A stretch of DNA of 64,000 bases from an uncultured bacterium. GTDB taxonomy: Bacteria > Planctomycetota > Phycisphaerae > Sedimentisphaerales > Anaerobacaceae. The stretch is from contig CBDVDM010000001.1 in the NCBI GenBank assembly GCA_965372745.1, positions 52,330 through 116,329 on the forward strand, in the 5' to 3' direction. Within the stretch, counting starts at the first letter, position 1. Every line of letters starts with the position of its first letter. Position numbers and translations under genes: made by a program. The notes beneath the pieces are model-generated. The model was not told where the DNA came from. It ran no database searches and saw nothing but the letters and a program-made list of their open reading frames with translations. Positions 62,176 through 64,000 of this stretch are shown in pieces.

Positions 62176-62467
62176 ATATTTTTTAGACACTGATTTCGCT
62201 GATTACACAGATTTTTTTACCGCAGAGGGCGCAGAGTTTTTTGAGAGTTGTTGGCGGAGGCTACGATGAGGAAATGTATAGTAAAGTATGCTGCAGACAT
62301 ATGCATAGAACAGCGTTCAAACCATAGGCAGCGAAGAGAAGTCAAAAGTTAAAGTGTAAAAGGCAAAACCACAGTGTAAAATTTAAAGTTATTAACCGCG
62401 AATACACGCAAATGGACACGGATTTGAAAAAATAGTAAATAGTCAATCGTAAATAGTAAATTATTCA

Positions 62468-62508
62468 GCCACAGAGGGCACAGAGTTCACAGAGAATATT
62501 AACAGAAG
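62468..62508. repeat. 41-nt perfect repeat, copy 2
   Basis: It is identical to 62021-62061. A CAGAAGT/CAGAAAT low-complexity tract follows. Confidence 0.9.
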
Positions 62509-62543
62509 TCAGAAATCAGAAGTCAGTAGACAGAATCAAAAGT

Positions 62544-62588
62544 CGAAAAAGAAAATCTTTAAACACTGATTTTACTGATATCATTGAT
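62544..62588. repeat. dispersed repeat module related to 52881-52927
   Basis: The sequence is CGAAAAAGAAAATCTTTAAACACTGATTTTACTGATATCATTGAT. Confidence 0.7.
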
Positions 62589-62641
62589 TTGTCTGGCCAC
62601 AAAAAAGCTCAAAAGACACAAAGAAATTAACCGTGGATTGT

Positions 62642-62735
62642 ACGGATTAACACCGAAAGACAGACTGTTTATTTTTTTATAACAAGTTCCCGTTGGTTGT
62701 TCAATGCTTCTCCAATCTCTTGCGTTTCTCCTATG
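62642..62735. repeat. composite dispersed repeat (copy related to 41177-41313)
   Basis: It has the modules ACGGATTAACACCG, TATAACAAGTTCCCGTTGGTTGTTCAAT and CCAATCTCTTGCGTTTCTCCTATG. It begins 11 nt 3' of the stop of the minus-strand 292-aa gene. Confidence 0.75.
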
Positions 62736-62745
62736 TGAATTAAAT

Positions 62746-63624
62746 TCATTTGTCTTTTTGAGGTTCGGTTTGAGGAGTAGTAGTTTTACCATCTTGCCGC
62801 TTTTTAATGATAAGTGCATGTACAATCATTTGTAAATCTTTAATTTTCGATTCTACCTGTACTCTTTGTTCAGTGTCAGCTATCGTTTCTAGTCGAGCTT
62901 TAATTTCCTCAAGTTTATCATCATAATATTCCAGATTACCGAGATTAAGTGAATTGGTTACGTGCTTATTTTCTAATATATCTTTGATATGAGATGTTTT
63001 GATGCATTCACTAGTACACTGACCATCTATGGAATGCTGAATTGCTATGAAATATGTTCTTATCACTGTGTCCCACTCTTTCAGAGTTAAGAAGAATCCA
63101 CCCAGCGCCGTGAAAACCCAAGAGAGGTTGCTACCGACCGCTTTTGTTTGTTTGTCTTCACGGTCATCGATTTGGTTTATTAACTTATTCTCGAGTTTTT
63201 GTATTTGTTCTTCTGTGGATTTCTCGAGTGTAGCATCAGCCTGAGACAATCTCTCCTCGAATTTTTTTGCTTGCGTGGCCAGTTTTTTCTCAAAACTTCT
63301 TTTTCGATACAACTCTAGGATTATTGGAATTAAGATGCCGATAATTGCGAGACCAGTCGCCATAACAATACCCATTGTCCAAAGAAGATGAGTCATCCGA
63401 TTATTGTAGAAGGTTTCACTTCGGTCCAGGATTTCGTTTCCGTACTCATTGAGTTGCTTGGCGGCGAATACGATAGGTGACTGTGCGGGTTTTGCGGTTG
63501 ACTTGACAACGGTTTGTGGCTGCTGGGCAGCTGACGGCACTTTTGTCTGGGATATTTGGGTTGATGTGGATTGTGCGGCCAATGGTGTTGCCAACATTGC
63601 TAAGATTAGTATGAAAGCCTTCAT
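62746..63624 (-). CDS. orphan secreted/membrane coiled-coil protein (292 aa)
   Basis: It has a signal peptide (MKAFILILAMLATPLAAQS), a Q/P/T-rich linker and a TM helix (LLWTMGIVMATGLAIIGILIPIIL). E/K-rich coiled-coil segments are present. I recognise no family. Confidence 0.6.
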   Translation of the reverse strand: MKAFILILAMLATPLAAQSTSTQISQTKVPSAAQQPQTVVKSTAKPAQSPIVFAAKQLNEYGNEILDRSETFYNNRMTHLLWTMGIVMATGLAIIGILIPIILELYRKRSFEKKLATQAKKFEERLSQADATLEKSTEEQIQKLENKLINQIDDREDKQTKAVGSNLSWVFTALGGFFLTLKEWDTVIRTYFIAIQHSIDGQCTSECIKTSHIKDILENKHVTNSLNLGNLEYYDDKLEEIKARLETIADTEQRVQVESKIKDLQMIVHALIIKKRQDGKTTTPQTEPQKDK

Positions 63625-63751
63625 GGTATTCCCTCGTATTAGTATTGTATCTAAACAAAGCTTTCGATTTTTGCTCCGCGGATATTGGTATATATTGTAT
63701 CTGTTAATCTATTTCTTGCCAATTCTTATTTTCTGATTTAGTATACCTGCA

Positions 63752-64000
63752 ATGAAATTAAAAGCAATGACAGCTATAATAACAGGGACAAGCGGGCTTG
63801 TCGGCGGTGAGATTGCTATGGCATTGGCCAAAGCAGGATGTAACTGTATCTGTCAATACAATCATAACAAAGAAAAATGCGAACAGCTTGTCGAACAAAT
63901 CGAAAAGATGGCAGTGGAGGCCTTAGCTGTTCAGGCTGACCTTGCAAAATCCGAAGCGATGGAGAGTTTTTTTGAAAGTGCATCTGCGATAGGTCTGCCG
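63752..64000 (+). CDS. short-chain dehydrogenase/reductase, N-terminal part (3' end outside window)
   Basis: The frame is open from ATG 63752 to the window end. The product starts MKLKAMTAIITGTSGLVGGEIAMALAKAG (TGxxxGxG Rossmann motif). It is not in the ORF track because it has no stop. Confidence 0.7.
   Translation, partial: MKLKAMTAIITGTSGLVGGEIAMALAKAGCNCICQYNHNKEKCEQLVEQIEKMAVEALAVQADLAKSEAMESFFESASAIGLP

Noticed and set aside
62559-62825. 88-aa minus-strand ORF overlapping the end of the 292-aa gene.
   Set aside because: It is composed of dispersed-repeat sequence and overlaps the better-supported gene out of frame.
1-64000. tRNA, rRNA, tmRNA, RNase P or SRP RNA genes, and IS or prophage elements.
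   Set aside because: I scanned all intergenic gaps over 100 nt by eye. I saw no T-loop/acceptor pattern and no conserved ncRNA signature such as the RNase P or SRP cores. No transposase or integrase ORF is present. An Infernal/tRNAscan run is still advisable.

Overview
The window is a 64-kb chromosomal segment of a didermic bacterium (lpxD and lpxI are present). Gene content and the style of the intergenic repeats suggest a PVC-group or Planctomycetota-like organism, but I cannot verify this from the sequence alone.

Most of the window is core genome:
- A type IV pilus / T2SS-like assembly locus: pilM (5' end outside the window), pilN-like, pilO-like, PilP/GspB-like, a secretin, then pilB and pilC. 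A co-directional signalling block sits between the secretin and pilB: PAS histidine kinase, receiver, GAF/HD-GYP, STAS.
- rpsO-pnp.
- A histidine kinase plus sigma54-type regulator pair.
- lpxD-lpxI.
- The thrS-infC-rpmI-rplT-pheS cluster.
- A second, membrane-anchored GspE-like ATPase followed by a CvpA-like gene.
- A secreted HEAT-repeat protein.
- A cca-like gene, rsmD, a PD-(D/E)xK-like gene, hisS and ykgJ.
- hom, a phosphoglycerate-mutase-like gene and lysC.
- A thermonuclease.
- An acetyl-CoA module (ADP-forming acyl-CoA synthetase plus a CoA-transferase/GNAT fusion).
- An FG-GAP protein, a TPR/transglutaminase-like protein, a MATE pump, DUF167 and an APC permease fused to EIIA.
- panB, dapA, pdxJ, a glycosyltransferase and an acyltransferase.

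Three small accessory patches stand out. Each is bounded by a mosaic of short dispersed repeats.
1. 41.2-42.7 kb. A two-gene module: a roughly 48-aa HTH protein and a TIR-domain protein with an unrecognised N-domain. Each gene is preceded by the same 24-nt dyad-symmetric operator-like site. The TIR cassette is bracketed by a perfect 24-bp direct repeat.
2. 51.0-56.3 kb. A gene-poor stretch with an orphan intrinsic terminator and hairpin. It also holds a run of helically phased A-tracts and an AT-rich island. The island encodes an orphan 284-aa protein, a decayed methyltransferase-like fragment, a small WYL-like protein and a DUF2130-type coiled-coil / PD-(D/E)xK protein.
3. 62.0-63.7 kb. A 743-bp repeat-dense spacer and an orphan secreted/membrane coiled-coil protein.

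I recognised no rRNA, tRNA, CRISPR array, transposase or integrase. All family assignments are by eye from motifs and need HMM or structure confirmation.
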